Source: a virus
Taxonomy: Duplodnaviria; Caudoviricetes
Strand: one strand, 5' to 3'
DNA: 39,515 nt
IMG/VR virus record: IMGVR_UViG_3300022666_000336
Coordinates: 1 to 39,515 of that record
Position numbers and translations under genes: made by a program. A model generated the notes under the pieces. That model saw only the letters and a program-made list of their open reading frames with translations. It searched no databases and was not told the origin of the DNA. Below, piece after piece: positions 1 through 9,457 of the stretch (its first letter is position 1; the number at the start of each line of letters is the position of its first letter).

Positions 1-456
1 CTATATTTTGGCCGCGGTATTAACCCAGCCGAGCACCTGCCTGACCTCTACCAGCATGCTGGCCGGATCGTACGAACCGTTCTTTTTGAGGTCGTCAATG
101 ATGATTGCCGTAATCTGACTGATGACCATGCTCACCAGCACCCGCTCTTCCGGCGTTAGCTTGCTCATGTCGATTTTCGAGATGGCAAACGCGCTGACTG
201 AGTTCAGGTCCGTGATGGCTCCGGTGTCAATGGCGGATATGGCCGCAGCAGATATATTTGCAATCGGTTCTTTCCATTGAGGATGATCATGGATAACCCG
301 GGCCGTGGCCGCTTCCGTGGTGAGCTGCACCAGCGCCTCATTGTTGCCAAAGAACGCCTTTACCTTTGTGCAGCCGGTCATCGAAAGCGAGGCTGCAATA
401 ACCAGAATCATGGACAGCATGCAAAGCTTCTTAAACATCTTGTTTCCAGTAAACAT
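1..456 (-). CDS. Putative lipoprotein of the lysis cassette
   Basis: Basic N-terminus, hydrophobic stretch and lipobox-like SMTG-C; GGAGG RBS; directly downstream of the endolysin. Confidence 0.65.
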   Translation of the reverse strand: MFTGNKMFKKLCMLSMILVIAASLSMTGCTKVKAFFGNNEALVQLTTEAATARVIHDHPQWKEPIANISAAAISAIDTGAITDLNSVSAFAISKIDMSKLTPEERVLVSMVISQITAIIIDDLKKNGSYDPASMLVEVRQVLGWVNTAAKI

Positions 457-473
457 ACTTCCTCCTTTTTTTA

Positions 474-1073
474 TTACGCTCGTTCGGCGTAAATTTTGCG
501 GATATTGTCATATCTCCGCTCTACGTCTTCCTTGTGATCCTTTCCCCAAGCGGTATTCTTCAGTTTCCAATTCAAGAACAGCTCCGGAGTAAGCGGCCAG
601 TTGACTATGTACTTCAGCCAGGTGTACAGCTTCCCGTCATGCGCGAAGTAAAACTGATTGTCATAATCGGCCAGATGCAGAATGACTTCTTCTGATGAAA
701 AATCGGTATTCAGCGCCATGCAGTTGGTCAGGGACCGCACCAGACATTCCTGCAGCTGGCGGGCATCCCACTTGCTGATAACGTCCTTGTGCTCGACCAG
801 TCGAATGTTCAGAGGCTCGACATCAATCGTCTGAGCTCTCAGCGCGTCTATCTCTGCCCGCGAAAATCCGCACTCCTTTAAAACTTTTTCAGCGTTCGGA
901 TTGTTGTTTATGTCATACTGGCAGACTCCAAAGCTCCACCCGCTTTTCCCAGACCGCACACCGTCCGGATCGCTGAACCGGTAAGCAAGAGTAATGCTGT
1001 TTCCAAGTTCATTTGCAATAATGCACCGGGCAAAGAGAAGCTTTATTCCCTCGGAAATAGCGGTCATCTTCAT
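474..1073 (-). CDS. Putative endolysin, lysozyme-like fold
   Basis: Candidate catalytic Glu in IIANELG followed by SGWSFGVCQYD hairpin motif; lies after the tail fibres, beside a holin-like gene. Confidence 0.7.
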   Translation of the reverse strand: MKMTAISEGIKLLFARCIIANELGNSITLAYRFSDPDGVRSGKSGWSFGVCQYDINNNPNAEKVLKECGFSRAEIDALRAQTIDVEPLNIRLVEHKDVISKWDARQLQECLVRSLTNCMALNTDFSSEEVILHLADYDNQFYFAHDGKLYTWLKYIVNWPLTPELFLNWKLKNTAWGKDHKEDVERRYDNIRKIYAERA

Positions 1074-1360
1074 TTTGTCGCTCCCCGTTTACTTTCTTCC
1101 TTGTGCTCCCGCAAGAGGTCCAGCATCATGGCCTGCTGATCCTGAATTGACTTGTACTGGGTGTTTACCAGTTCCTGTACGGATTTCAGATCACGTTCGT
1201 GAGTAGCGAGATCAACCTTGCTTTTCAATTGTGCGTTTACGTCTGCCAGAAAAAAGAGCGTTACGCCGACAATGAGCGCGCCCCAAACAACATTGAACCA
1301 TGGACTGTCTGAAAATCTTCTCTTCTGTTCATCGTTGTCATGTCTTTTCTGAGGCGTCAT
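1070..1360 (-). CDS. Holin/antiholin-like single-TM protein
   Basis: One TM segment (WFNVVWGALIVGVTLFFL) then coiled coil; ATGA overlap with the endolysin. Confidence 0.55.
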   Translation of the reverse strand: MTPQKRHDNDEQKRRFSDSPWFNVVWGALIVGVTLFFLADVNAQLKSKVDLATHERDLKSVQELVNTQYKSIQDQQAMMLDLLREHKEESKRGATK

Positions 1361-1399
1361 CCTGATCCCCCCGGTATTAAGAAATGATTTTTAAGTCAG

Positions 1400-2296
1400 C
1401 TATTGCCGTATCCAAATGCGAAATCTGCTGTTTACATCTATGCCGCCCGTCTGATTTGCACTAAAAAGCAACGACAGCAAATTTTTAGGGCTTCCGTCCA
1501 GAACGGTATTCATCATGTGGGAGAAAAGCGACAGCTGTGAAACAACATTGCCCGATGTAAACCGCTGCCCTATCCCTACTATTCGGGGATACCCTTCAGG
1601 CGTAAGAAGTATGCTGCCTGTTAAGTTCAAACTTTCACCGATTCCGATAGGACCGGGAGCCGCTCCTGCATAGAGAAAGGCGTCATTCTGAACAGATGTT
1701 CCCTGCCAGTTTGAACTGTATTTTGACGTCGTGGTGTCCCCGTTATAAAACAGCCTGAATGTAGTGTCTCCCGCATATCCATTCTTCAGGAGAAATTCAA
1801 AGTTGTATCCCTTGTCGGTATTGATATCCAGAATGTCCTCGGTCGGCAACGTCGTAACCGCAGAATCAACGGTATGATCAAATATCGGATCCAATGCCAC
1901 TTTGGCAAGAAAACCGGAATCTATCTTTCCCCCTGGCCCTGCAACCGGAATGATCCCGGCGCCCGGAGTTACAGAGGAAGCATGACCGTTTAGCGTATCC
2001 GCGTCTATTGCGTCCGCTGTGGTAAGAATGTTTGCAAGAACAGCCACCAGTGCGCTAAAATTATGACCGGTTGTTCCCGCTGATCCATCCTCTACGACAA
2101 ACCCCTTTGCCGCGAGGGACTGGGCAATCGCCGCGACCATTGCAGAAACCTGATATGCAAACTTATTGTGCAATTCAGGCTCGTAAACTCCATCTATTGC
2201 GCCTCCGCTTCGCATGGTATCTGCCTCATATGCAGCATCACTTTGAATGTTTGCCAGTGCGGGATTCCATTGTTTGAAATTAGTTGATCCAGCCAT
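1400..2296 (-). CDS. Tail fibre protein
   Basis: Follows the baseplate wedge gene; N-terminal baseplate-attachment-like region; DADTLNG fibre motif; beta-rich C-terminal domain. Confidence 0.8.
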   Translation of the reverse strand: MAGSTNFKQWNPALANIQSDAAYEADTMRSGGAIDGVYEPELHNKFAYQVSAMVAAIAQSLAAKGFVVEDGSAGTTGHNFSALVAVLANILTTADAIDADTLNGHASSVTPGAGIIPVAGPGGKIDSGFLAKVALDPIFDHTVDSAVTTLPTEDILDINTDKGYNFEFLLKNGYAGDTTFRLFYNGDTTTSKYSSNWQGTSVQNDAFLYAGAAPGPIGIGESLNLTGSILLTPEGYPRIVGIGQRFTSGNVVSQLSLFSHMMNTVLDGSPKNLLSLLFSANQTGGIDVNSRFRIWIRQ

Positions 2297-2311
2297 GTAT
2301 TATCTCCTTTG

Positions 2312-2941
2312 TCATGCCCAGTGTCCGGACCCAAATCCGGCAACGTATTCATCATTAATTCCGAAACCGAAATACGGCATCGGCGAGAACGTGTAATTGT
2401 AAAGAACGCCTTGCGGCCGCGGCAGAATGTATCCATTGGTTATCAAATCAATCATAATCGATGAAAATTCTCCGCTCATTATCATGGTTGCGGTCATGTT
2501 CTGACCGTCATTCACAGCAAGCTTTCCAGTGGGGAATATCTTTTTCCAAAGCGTTTGCAGATTCCCGACGGTACCGTCCCAGAAGTTGTGGCATATTTTT
2601 GCTTTGAGCAAGGTTCGATATGTCCAGTCATCGAGCAACGGGCTGAATCCGCTCGGTTCAAAATCCACATTCCGGGCCTGTCCAACGATTTCCCCGATGG
2701 TGTCCAGTTGCTCTCCGGCTGCGTTGTCAATGTCGAAATACTCGTACATGTTGTCTATCAGGGCCGTCGCATCTGAAAGACGGTTTAAAATAACTTCCAG
2801 CATCGCAAGAAACTTCGGCGAATTCTGGTATTGCGACGTTATCAACCCAAGATAGTAGCTGACCGGTATTGCCGATGCCCCGGCATAAACAGAATCATTT
2901 CCGTAGTCGCTGCCGTATTCGCTTCCGTATCCGTCTGCCAT
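2312..2941 (-). CDS. Baseplate wedge protein (DUF2612-like)
   Basis: LITSQY, FDIDNAAGEQLDTIGEIVG, YRTLLKAKI, LPRPQGV motifs; synteny after baseplate J. Confidence 0.85.
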   Translation of the reverse strand: MADGYGSEYGSDYGNDSVYAGASAIPVSYYLGLITSQYQNSPKFLAMLEVILNRLSDATALIDNMYEYFDIDNAAGEQLDTIGEIVGQARNVDFEPSGFSPLLDDWTYRTLLKAKICHNFWDGTVGNLQTLWKKIFPTGKLAVNDGQNMTATMIMSGEFSSIMIDLITNGYILPRPQGVLYNYTFSPMPYFGFGINDEYVAGFGSGHWA

Positions 2942-2944
2942 GGG

Positions 2945-3901
2945 TTATTTCCTCTTCCACATTCTGAAGCGTGATCCCACGTCAATTCCGCTTGCTGATG
3001 ATCCTGTAACATCGACTCTGGTCAAATTATTCCCGGACACCTCTGTAACCTTCCAGTGAGATACTGTATATGTTTCTGTTCCAACTCCGGATGAGTTGAT
3101 GCCAACGGTTCTGGACAGTGTGCGCACAAATCCTCCTGGAGTCTGAATAATGGACCCGACAATAATCAATTGCCCGCCAGCTGCAACATTTGTCTGGTGC
3201 ATAATGGCGTCATTCGACTCGCCTGATGTAAAATTTCGGCGATAATCCGTTGCGGTTGTGTTGTTGTTATAATAGAGAGAATAAAGCACATTCCCGGCTG
3301 TGGGGTTCTTGATTATGAATTCAAAGTCATATCCGCCATCAGTCGCCGCATCGAGTGTTACTGTTCCGTTGGTGGTTGCCGTGGTTATGGCTGATCCACT
3401 GACGGTGTAATCATAGATAGGAATTCCCGTCGATGAGTAAAACCCGGCTGCTATTTTTCCATCGCTGCCGGCCACAGGAATAATATTTGCTCCCGGAGTA
3501 GCTGAAGCAGTTCTATTATTTCCGTCAGCAACCACATAGGAAGCAGTGCCGGCAGACGCAATATAATTTGTCCACGCAAGGCCAGCGGCCGCGGTGCTGT
3601 CAGACTTCAAAGCGTATCCATCAGTGCCGACAGCAAATCTGGCAAAGGTTGTTGAATTCCTGGTGAGCAGGTCGCCTTTCGTTGTCAGGATGTCGAATGT
3701 TGCGGAATTCGAAGTGATGCTGTTGCTCATCCTGCTGATGACCGTATCCAGATTGTCCCAGTTGTTTACGTTTACCGTATTCGCCCAGTTATTCTCCCCT
3801 GCCGTGGGCTTGTACATGTGTAAATTGGTAGTGTACGTTCCCGCAGACAGAATTCCGCAGAACGAGAAGAGCGCTGCTATTGTCAGTAATATCCGTTTCA
3901 T
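2945..3901 (-). CDS. Second tail fibre-like protein with N-terminal signal peptide
   Basis: MKRILLTIAALFSFCGILSA leader, then TYTTNLHMYKP...W...NWDNLD fibre-anchor-like motif and TTKGDLL segment; C-terminal domain paralogous to 1400..2296; GGAGG RBS at 3906-3910. Confidence 0.75.
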   Translation of the reverse strand: MKRILLTIAALFSFCGILSAGTYTTNLHMYKPTAGENNWANTVNVNNWDNLDTVISRMSNSITSNSATFDILTTKGDLLTRNSTTFARFAVGTDGYALKSDSTAAAGLAWTNYIASAGTASYVVADGNNRTASATPGANIIPVAGSDGKIAAGFYSSTGIPIYDYTVSGSAITTATTNGTVTLDAATDGGYDFEFIIKNPTAGNVLYSLYYNNNTTATDYRRNFTSGESNDAIMHQTNVAAGGQLIIVGSIIQTPGGFVRTLSRTVGINSSGVGTETYTVSHWKVTEVSGNNLTRVDVTGSSASGIDVGSRFRMWKRK

Positions 3902-3910
3902 TATTCCTCC

Positions 3911-5089
3911 TTACGTCACATTGATTGTTATATTTGCTCCGAGTCCATGAATAACGTGGTTGAACAAAACCGTTATATCAGCGGTTCCCTGAGATCCAGA
4001 GCTGGTGCCTGCCACAACGCTGGTGACCTCGAAAATTGGCGATTTCAGATCAGGCATGACAGACAGGATCGGGGCATACAGCACGGACGGAGAGAACCCC
4101 TTTCCTATTTCAAAGCTGTTTAAAAAGTCCACAATGGCGGCTAATATGGCCGTTGTGTAAGCCGAGGTATATCCGGACAGAGCTTTTATTCCGATGGTCG
4201 CGTAAATAGGGTCGTACGTCGTACGATAGAATCGGATGGATGAAGTTATCCCGGAATCAGGATCCGCCACGCTCACCACTTGATCGCCGTTGGTATAACA
4301 CCCGATTCCCCGGTTGGTATAGATCGCATTCGCCACATTTGCATCGGTTCCGCCCTCCACCACACACGTTATGGAATGGGCGGGGAGGTTGTTGCTGTCC
4401 AGGCTTCCGGTCGGGTTTTCATAAATACGGTATCGGGTAACTCCCGCGACATCCGCGATGGCTCCTATGGTTCCTCCGAGCATCGTCTTTGAGGCTATTT
4501 GAGTGCTGACCGCCTGCCGGGCCCTGAGCTGCGCATCTGTTTCAACCGCCTGACCGAGTGTTGCAGCGGCCGCGTTTGTTACGCTGGTCCATCCGGCCTG
4601 TGGGGTAAGTATTTTATTGACTTCCCCGGCGAGCGCCGAGATAGCGCCGATGGTCTGACACGTTGCCACCACGTCAATGGTTCCGGAAACTCCTATGGTA
4701 ACTGAAGGAGGCAAAGACCACTTGACAGAGTTGGCATCGCCCACTACTCCGTTTAAAATTACTGTACCCGCAGTCCCGGATATGGTCACCGTGCAGGTAG
4801 AATACGAGGCAGATTTCTTTGCAAGACCGTTCAGCTTGACCAGAGATTCCAGCGCTGCGCCGATTGCCGTCTGTGGATTTCGGTTGTTATAGGCTAGTTG
4901 AAGAGAGTTCATGCAATCGAATATTTTTAACGCAATGACAGAAAGAAACTGGTAGTCAGCAGAGTCCTCATCAAGATAAATGTCTTGACCATAGATCGTT
5001 TTTGCCTGCGCTATGAGGTCGTCCAGAATGTCCTGATATGAAGGAATTATCAGTCCGGTTGTATTTACCAAAGGGGCCGCATAAGTCAT
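3911..5089 (-). CDS. Baseplate J/gp47-like protein
   Basis: NPQTAIGAALE, ETDAQLRARQ, LPAHSITCVVEGG motifs. Confidence 0.92.
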   Translation of the reverse strand: MTYAAPLVNTTGLIIPSYQDILDDLIAQAKTIYGQDIYLDEDSADYQFLSVIALKIFDCMNSLQLAYNNRNPQTAIGAALESLVKLNGLAKKSASYSTCTVTISGTAGTVILNGVVGDANSVKWSLPPSVTIGVSGTIDVVATCQTIGAISALAGEVNKILTPQAGWTSVTNAAAATLGQAVETDAQLRARQAVSTQIASKTMLGGTIGAIADVAGVTRYRIYENPTGSLDSNNLPAHSITCVVEGGTDANVANAIYTNRGIGCYTNGDQVVSVADPDSGITSSIRFYRTTYDPIYATIGIKALSGYTSAYTTAILAAIVDFLNSFEIGKGFSPSVLYAPILSVMPDLKSPIFEVTSVVAGTSSGSQGTADITVLFNHVIHGLGANITINVT

Positions 5090-5104
5090 AATGGCATTCT
5101 CCTA

Positions 5105-5473
5105 TTAAGTGTTGGTGACCGTAACCTGTCCGAATGCGGTATTTACCGTCACGGCTATGCTGTAGCTGCGCGTCGCCGCATCGTAGGCACTCGACATGCT
5201 TTCCATGCTCGTTACATACGGCGTTTCAAGAATTCGCTTCTGAATCAGGGCATCCACCGCCTGTTTATTGTTTCCGGCTCCCGGCACGCCGAGGATTGAC
5301 TGCCAGAGCGGCAGGCCAATATCGGTGTTCTCCCACCACTCCCCTTTGAATAAAAGCAGCTTCGTCCTGATCATCTGAACAACAGCGTCAAGGTCTTCCA
5401 GATAATCCAGTTTCCCGTTTCCGAATACCACGTCATAGTTAGAGTCAAGCTTTCGTACCCGTACCGTACTCAT
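5105..5473 (-). CDS. Baseplate W/gp46-like sheath initiator
   Basis: RTKLLLFKGEWWENTDIGLPLW motif; between spike and J. Confidence 0.8.
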   Translation of the reverse strand: MSTVRVRKLDSNYDVVFGNGKLDYLEDLDAVVQMIRTKLLLFKGEWWENTDIGLPLWQSILGVPGAGNNKQAVDALIQKRILETPYVTSMESMSSAYDAATRSYSIAVTVNTAFGQVTVTNT

Positions 5474-6117
5474 GACACCCCCGCCGTGTCTGTCAGTCCG
5501 CCTGTTCCTGGATGATATTGATGTTTATGAGTCAGGAAATCTTTCCCGTCTATAGTTGTGGTATTATTTCCGGACACGTTGACTGTCTGGCTACCGGTCA
5601 CCTTTACCGTTGGCGCTGATACTTCAATTTCGTTGCTTTTAACCTCAACCTTGCAGCTACCGTCCACGGTGCGGAGTGACGCAGAATTTGTTGAATATCC
5701 AGTCAATATGTTCGGCTGGCTTTTTACTCCGAGAATGGCGAAACCGTCAGACAGATCATGGCGCCGCTTGTCAATCTGGCCCTGAATCCCCCCGGACTGC
5801 CACCAGCCATCAATGCAAGCATCGGAGAACACCACCAGGCACTCATCACCTGCCGATATCGGAAGCGTAATCGCATACCCGCCAGCCTGCGGAATGACGA
5901 TTGGAACGTCCAAGAGCAGGGGAATTTCGACGTCCTCTGTAATGCCGTTGTTGTCAATCTGTTCTTTGATGGCAATCTTGACGGTTGCGGTCTGCTTTAC
6001 AGCATCAAAACTCTGGATTATTCCCGGAGCGGCTACGCGAAGTTCTGAGAAAATAGAGTCTTTGACCGCCCTTATCATTTCTACTTCATTCGACATTCGT
6101 TCTGCTATTTTGATCAT
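5470..6117 (-). CDS. Baseplate spike (Gp138-like)
   Basis: PGIIQSFD, GDECLVVFSDACIDGWW, RRHDLSDG and C-terminal HKH metal-binding tip; start moved to 6117 (ATGA overlap). Confidence 0.88.
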   Translation of the reverse strand: MIKIAERMSNEVEMIRAVKDSIFSELRVAAPGIIQSFDAVKQTATVKIAIKEQIDNNGITEDVEIPLLLDVPIVIPQAGGYAITLPISAGDECLVVFSDACIDGWWQSGGIQGQIDKRRHDLSDGFAILGVKSQPNILTGYSTNSASLRTVDGSCKVEVKSNEIEVSAPTVKVTGSQTVNVSGNNTTTIDGKDFLTHKHQYHPGTGGLTDTAGVS

Positions 6118-7034
6118 GGATTTGTCATCCTTCCAAGCAGCATGAGGATTCCAGCCTTTCCGGACTGGACGCATTCAACATCTACATACCATTCATTTCC
6201 TCTCGTATCGCCAATGTAATTGACTCCTATAACCTGGCCAACCATATCCTGATCCAGCATGGACGGAGATGATCCAATGTTCTTTTTTTGCTGTCTGATT
6301 AACGAATTGTCCAGCTTTATAAGCATGGGAGGATTGGTAATCTGAATACGCGGATTTAACAGACACCTGAATGAAAATCCAAGATCGGTTTGCTGCGGAG
6401 TTCCGATCAATCCGGTGTTCGGCGTAATTACCAACGCCTCTCCTGCGGGGACATCTGTTTTCAGATTTACAATCTCCAGTTGCCCGTCATTCACATAAAT
6501 TTGAGCGGAGTTGTCTTTAGCGATGCTTCTGAACGTTGTGCGAGGATCTCCGAACACCACTTTCCCCCTTGGGGAAGTTTTCTGAGAAATATTTTCTGAA
6601 ATTTTTCCAATTGGTATGGGTGTCCGCGCGCTCTTTGCCATTTGCGATATGATGTCTTTATACTTATATCCTGCCTCGGCGCAAAAGCTGACAAAGTTCC
6701 TGGTAAGGAAGCTGTCCCCATCTATGCAATACAATGTCAACTTGTAATCAGTGACGTTCTCCCGGTCCCATAGAGGCTGGCTTACTGTTCCGTCAAATAT
6801 TTTCCCGAATATTTCGCTCTGATATCCAGCCTGCACTATTGCCCGGTATCCCTCAGTAATAATTGCCTGTTCTGTAGGTCCGTTAAGATTGTAAATGACG
6901 ATATCAGCGAAGCTCGCCGTTTGCAGCACGCGCTTTTGAATATTAAACGTGCATCTGAGCTTTGATACGTCCAGGGCCTGTCCGCTTGCATTAGATACGA
7001 CGATCTGCCATTTTCTCAAATACTGTTCAGGCAT
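6114..7034 (-). CDS. Baseplate hub protein
   Basis: IVIYNLN, AGYQ..FGKIFDG, TGLIGTP, CLLNPRI, GDTRGNEWY motifs; likely start MPEQYLRKW at 7034. Confidence 0.82.
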   Translation of the reverse strand: MPEQYLRKWQIVVSNASGQALDVSKLRCTFNIQKRVLQTASFADIVIYNLNGPTEQAIITEGYRAIVQAGYQSEIFGKIFDGTVSQPLWDRENVTDYKLTLYCIDGDSFLTRNFVSFCAEAGYKYKDIISQMAKSARTPIPIGKISENISQKTSPRGKVVFGDPRTTFRSIAKDNSAQIYVNDGQLEIVNLKTDVPAGEALVITPNTGLIGTPQQTDLGFSFRCLLNPRIQITNPPMLIKLDNSLIRQQKKNIGSSPSMLDQDMVGQVIGVNYIGDTRGNEWYVDVECVQSGKAGILMLLGRMTNP

Positions 7035-7377
7035 CAGGAGTGTCACCCCACACCAGAATAAAGTCGGTGCCAAGATTTTCATCTGTGGGCTGCTCATCCG
7101 CGATGTTGCTCACGTTCACCAGGTACGCGCTGCCTATCCCCAAGTGCCGGTATTGCTCCAAGAGGTTTAATGATTCCCCGTCAGGAGCGGAAAGCAGCGG
7201 CACGGACGTCAGGATATCGCTGCCCGTTGCCGGATCACTTATATTCATGATCCAGTACCCCGCAGTCTCGTTGTACGAAATCTTAAATTGCAGAGCCCTA
7301 TTAACCCCATCAATTACAAGCGTAGTTGTAAAAGTTTGACCAGGACTTCCGTATAAAGGAATAACCTGAGTGTTCAT
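7027..7377 (-). CDS. Small baseplate protein
   Basis: IPL..PGQTF, YN..AGYW and LLEQY..LGIG pattern; synteny before the hub. Confidence 0.7.
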   Translation of the reverse strand: MNTQVIPLYGSPGQTFTTTLVIDGVNRALQFKISYNETAGYWIMNISDPATGSDILTSVPLLSAPDGESLNLLEQYRHLGIGSAYLVNVSNIADEQPTDENLGTDFILVWGDTPDA

Positions 7378-8081
7378 TTCTCAATCCCCATGGCCTTCAA
7401 CACTTGAGTGGCCGCAGTATCAGGCTGTTGCGGTTGAACATGTCCCCTTGGAGTCTTTCCTGTTGCATGTTTTCTTGTGCTCGTCTTCACCGTGGTGGTG
7501 GATACTTCAACGGTCATAATCTGCTGAAGCTGCACCAGACATTTGAGTCCGTACAGCGTGGTGTAATCATCAGGCGTGTCTATCCGCTTGATGACCATGT
7601 TTTCGTAATAATTAAGTCTGGTTTGAACATAAAAAGGAATTTTCAGATATTGCAATTCTTTTAGTTTTTGGAAAGCAGCTTGTGATTTTGATTCATATCC
7701 TTTCCATCTGCCAGGTTGATAGCTATCCATAACGTCACTCATGCCGATTTCCAGCACCAGCCGTTCCGGCTCCTGATAAGCATGATCAACGATGTTGGCC
7801 CCGGACTGAATCGGGTGCGATGTGGTTTGGATTTCTGACGTGTGGCCAAGCCTAAGCACTGCGTCAAAAATATGGACAGTTCCTCCTTTTTCAATTAATT
7901 GGACTTGAGCATTACCTTTCCACTGCGGGGGCCGCCAAGGTGTCTTCTGTTTCTCGGCTGTGACCGGCTTTTTCGTAATGAGCTTGTATACGCTCCATGC
8001 CGCCATGCCGCCCATATAGGTTGCAGATGCCTTGTTCAACGCCGAGTTATAGGTAAACTTGAAGTTTGGGAAAATAGGCAT
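7374..8081 (-). CDS. Tail tube initiator / Dit-like baseplate protein
   Basis: TSHPIQSGANIVDHAY and QTRLNYYENMVI motifs; directly after tape measure. Confidence 0.78.
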   Translation of the reverse strand: MPIFPNFKFTYNSALNKASATYMGGMAAWSVYKLITKKPVTAEKQKTPWRPPQWKGNAQVQLIEKGGTVHIFDAVLRLGHTSEIQTTSHPIQSGANIVDHAYQEPERLVLEIGMSDVMDSYQPGRWKGYESKSQAAFQKLKELQYLKIPFYVQTRLNYYENMVIKRIDTPDDYTTLYGLKCLVQLQQIMTVEVSTTTVKTSTRKHATGKTPRGHVQPQQPDTAATQVLKAMGIEK

Positions 8082-9457
8082 TATTTCATCGCTCCTGAAA
8101 GTTGTCTTATATTCATGAACGTCTTTTTGTTAAATGAATTGTTAATTCCATCGGTAACCGCCTGAGATATATCCATCGGAGTGGCGTTTGTGTTCGGAAC
8201 ATTTACCGTCACCCCGCCGACATCAATGTTCACGTTTGATTCGTTTTTGGTTGTTGCGCTATTGTTCTGATAGGACTGCCCGGCCATGGCCTGATAGTTC
8301 CCCATGCCGAATTTAAGATTATTGAACATTCCGGTCTTTGCATCTGCGATTCCGCTCGATGCCCGCGCCAGAACGTTGCCGAGTGAGCCGGTGGTAACAG
8401 GGGTCTTGTCCGGAGCTGTGCTTGACGGTCCTTTTATGGTCTGCGAAAATCCGGAATTGTTCCATGCGTCCGATATGACATCAGACAGCTTCAATTTTCT
8501 GCTGTCTCCGGAAAGCTTGTCATACAGGTAATCAAGGAGCGCCAGCGTTGTGACAATGCTCTTTATGACGTAATCCATCGTCTTAACCAGCACGTTCCAG
8601 ATCGGCGCAAGGGTTTTTGATGACTTCCGGCCGTCGATGTAGGCATAGAAATCGTCTATCAGGAGAATCACAGCGGTGATCGCAGCGGTCCATGCCGCAA
8701 GCGGAGACGTGGCCACAAGCAGCGCCGCAGCTATGGCCTTTCCCCATCCCGGCATGATGTCCCAGATTTGTTTCAAGCCGGAGAGGATATCCATAAGAAA
8801 CCTGACAACAGAGCCTCCGACCTCGATGATAGTCGACAGCATGCTGGCAAGCTTTTCTGTCCATTGCGGCATATTCAGCTGCAGCCAGTCGGTGATTGAC
8901 GTCAGGCTTTCTTTTATCTGCTTTATCGGCCCGGCAAGATGCTTGAACAGGTAATACCCAACCCATTCAAAGGCCCGGGTTGCCGTCACCCGAAGGCGTG
9001 TGAATTCGAATTCAACGTCTCGTATCATGCGGAGCTGACCGGAAGCGTCGCCAGGCGTCCGCATTTCGCGCTGCTGCTTGACAAGTTCGTTATAATGGCT
9101 TCTGAGCTCGGGATTCCATGCAATGTCCTGTATGGACTCTCCCAGGGCATCGGTGGCTATTTTCATGTCCTTGGCGGCATCTTTGGACATGAACATGTGC
9201 ATCGCCAGCTTCTGGTATTCCATGTCGGCCTTGGCAATCTTGGAGAACAGCTCGACGGTCCCGAAGCCGATTGCCGCAAAAGCGGTGGTAACAACCGTGG
9301 CCGACCCGGCAAAGCCCTTCGCCATTTCAGACGCGCTTTTTGTCACCTGCTCGGTGGTTTTGTTTACCGTATCCGTAAAGCGCCGGTATGCCTCGCTGTC
9401 AATTTGAAAGCCGAGTGATACCAGATATTCTTTCAGGATGTCTGCCGGATTTGCCAT
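8081..9457 (-). CDS. Tape measure protein (short, 458 aa)
   Basis: LKEYLVSLGF N-terminus, helical Ala-rich body with periodic Trp; follows the tail chaperones. Confidence 0.82.
   Translation of the reverse strand: MANPADILKEYLVSLGFQIDSEAYRRFTDTVNKTTEQVTKSASEMAKGFAGSATVVTTAFAAIGFGTVELFSKIAKADMEYQKLAMHMFMSKDAAKDMKIATDALGESIQDIAWNPELRSHYNELVKQQREMRTPGDASGQLRMIRDVEFEFTRLRVTATRAFEWVGYYLFKHLAGPIKQIKESLTSITDWLQLNMPQWTEKLASMLSTIIEVGGSVVRFLMDILSGLKQIWDIMPGWGKAIAAALLVATSPLAAWTAAITAVILLIDDFYAYIDGRKSSKTLAPIWNVLVKTMDYVIKSIVTTLALLDYLYDKLSGDSRKLKLSDVISDAWNNSGFSQTIKGPSSTAPDKTPVTTGSLGNVLARASSGIADAKTGMFNNLKFGMGNYQAMAGQSYQNNSATTKNESNVNIDVGGVTVNVPNTNATPMDISQAVTDGINNSFNKKTFMNIRQLSGAMK

Noticed and set aside
1400-3901. 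Diversity-generating retroelement or invertible fibre cassette
   Set aside because: Paralogues are diverged at DNA level and co-oriented; no reverse transcriptase or invertase in the window
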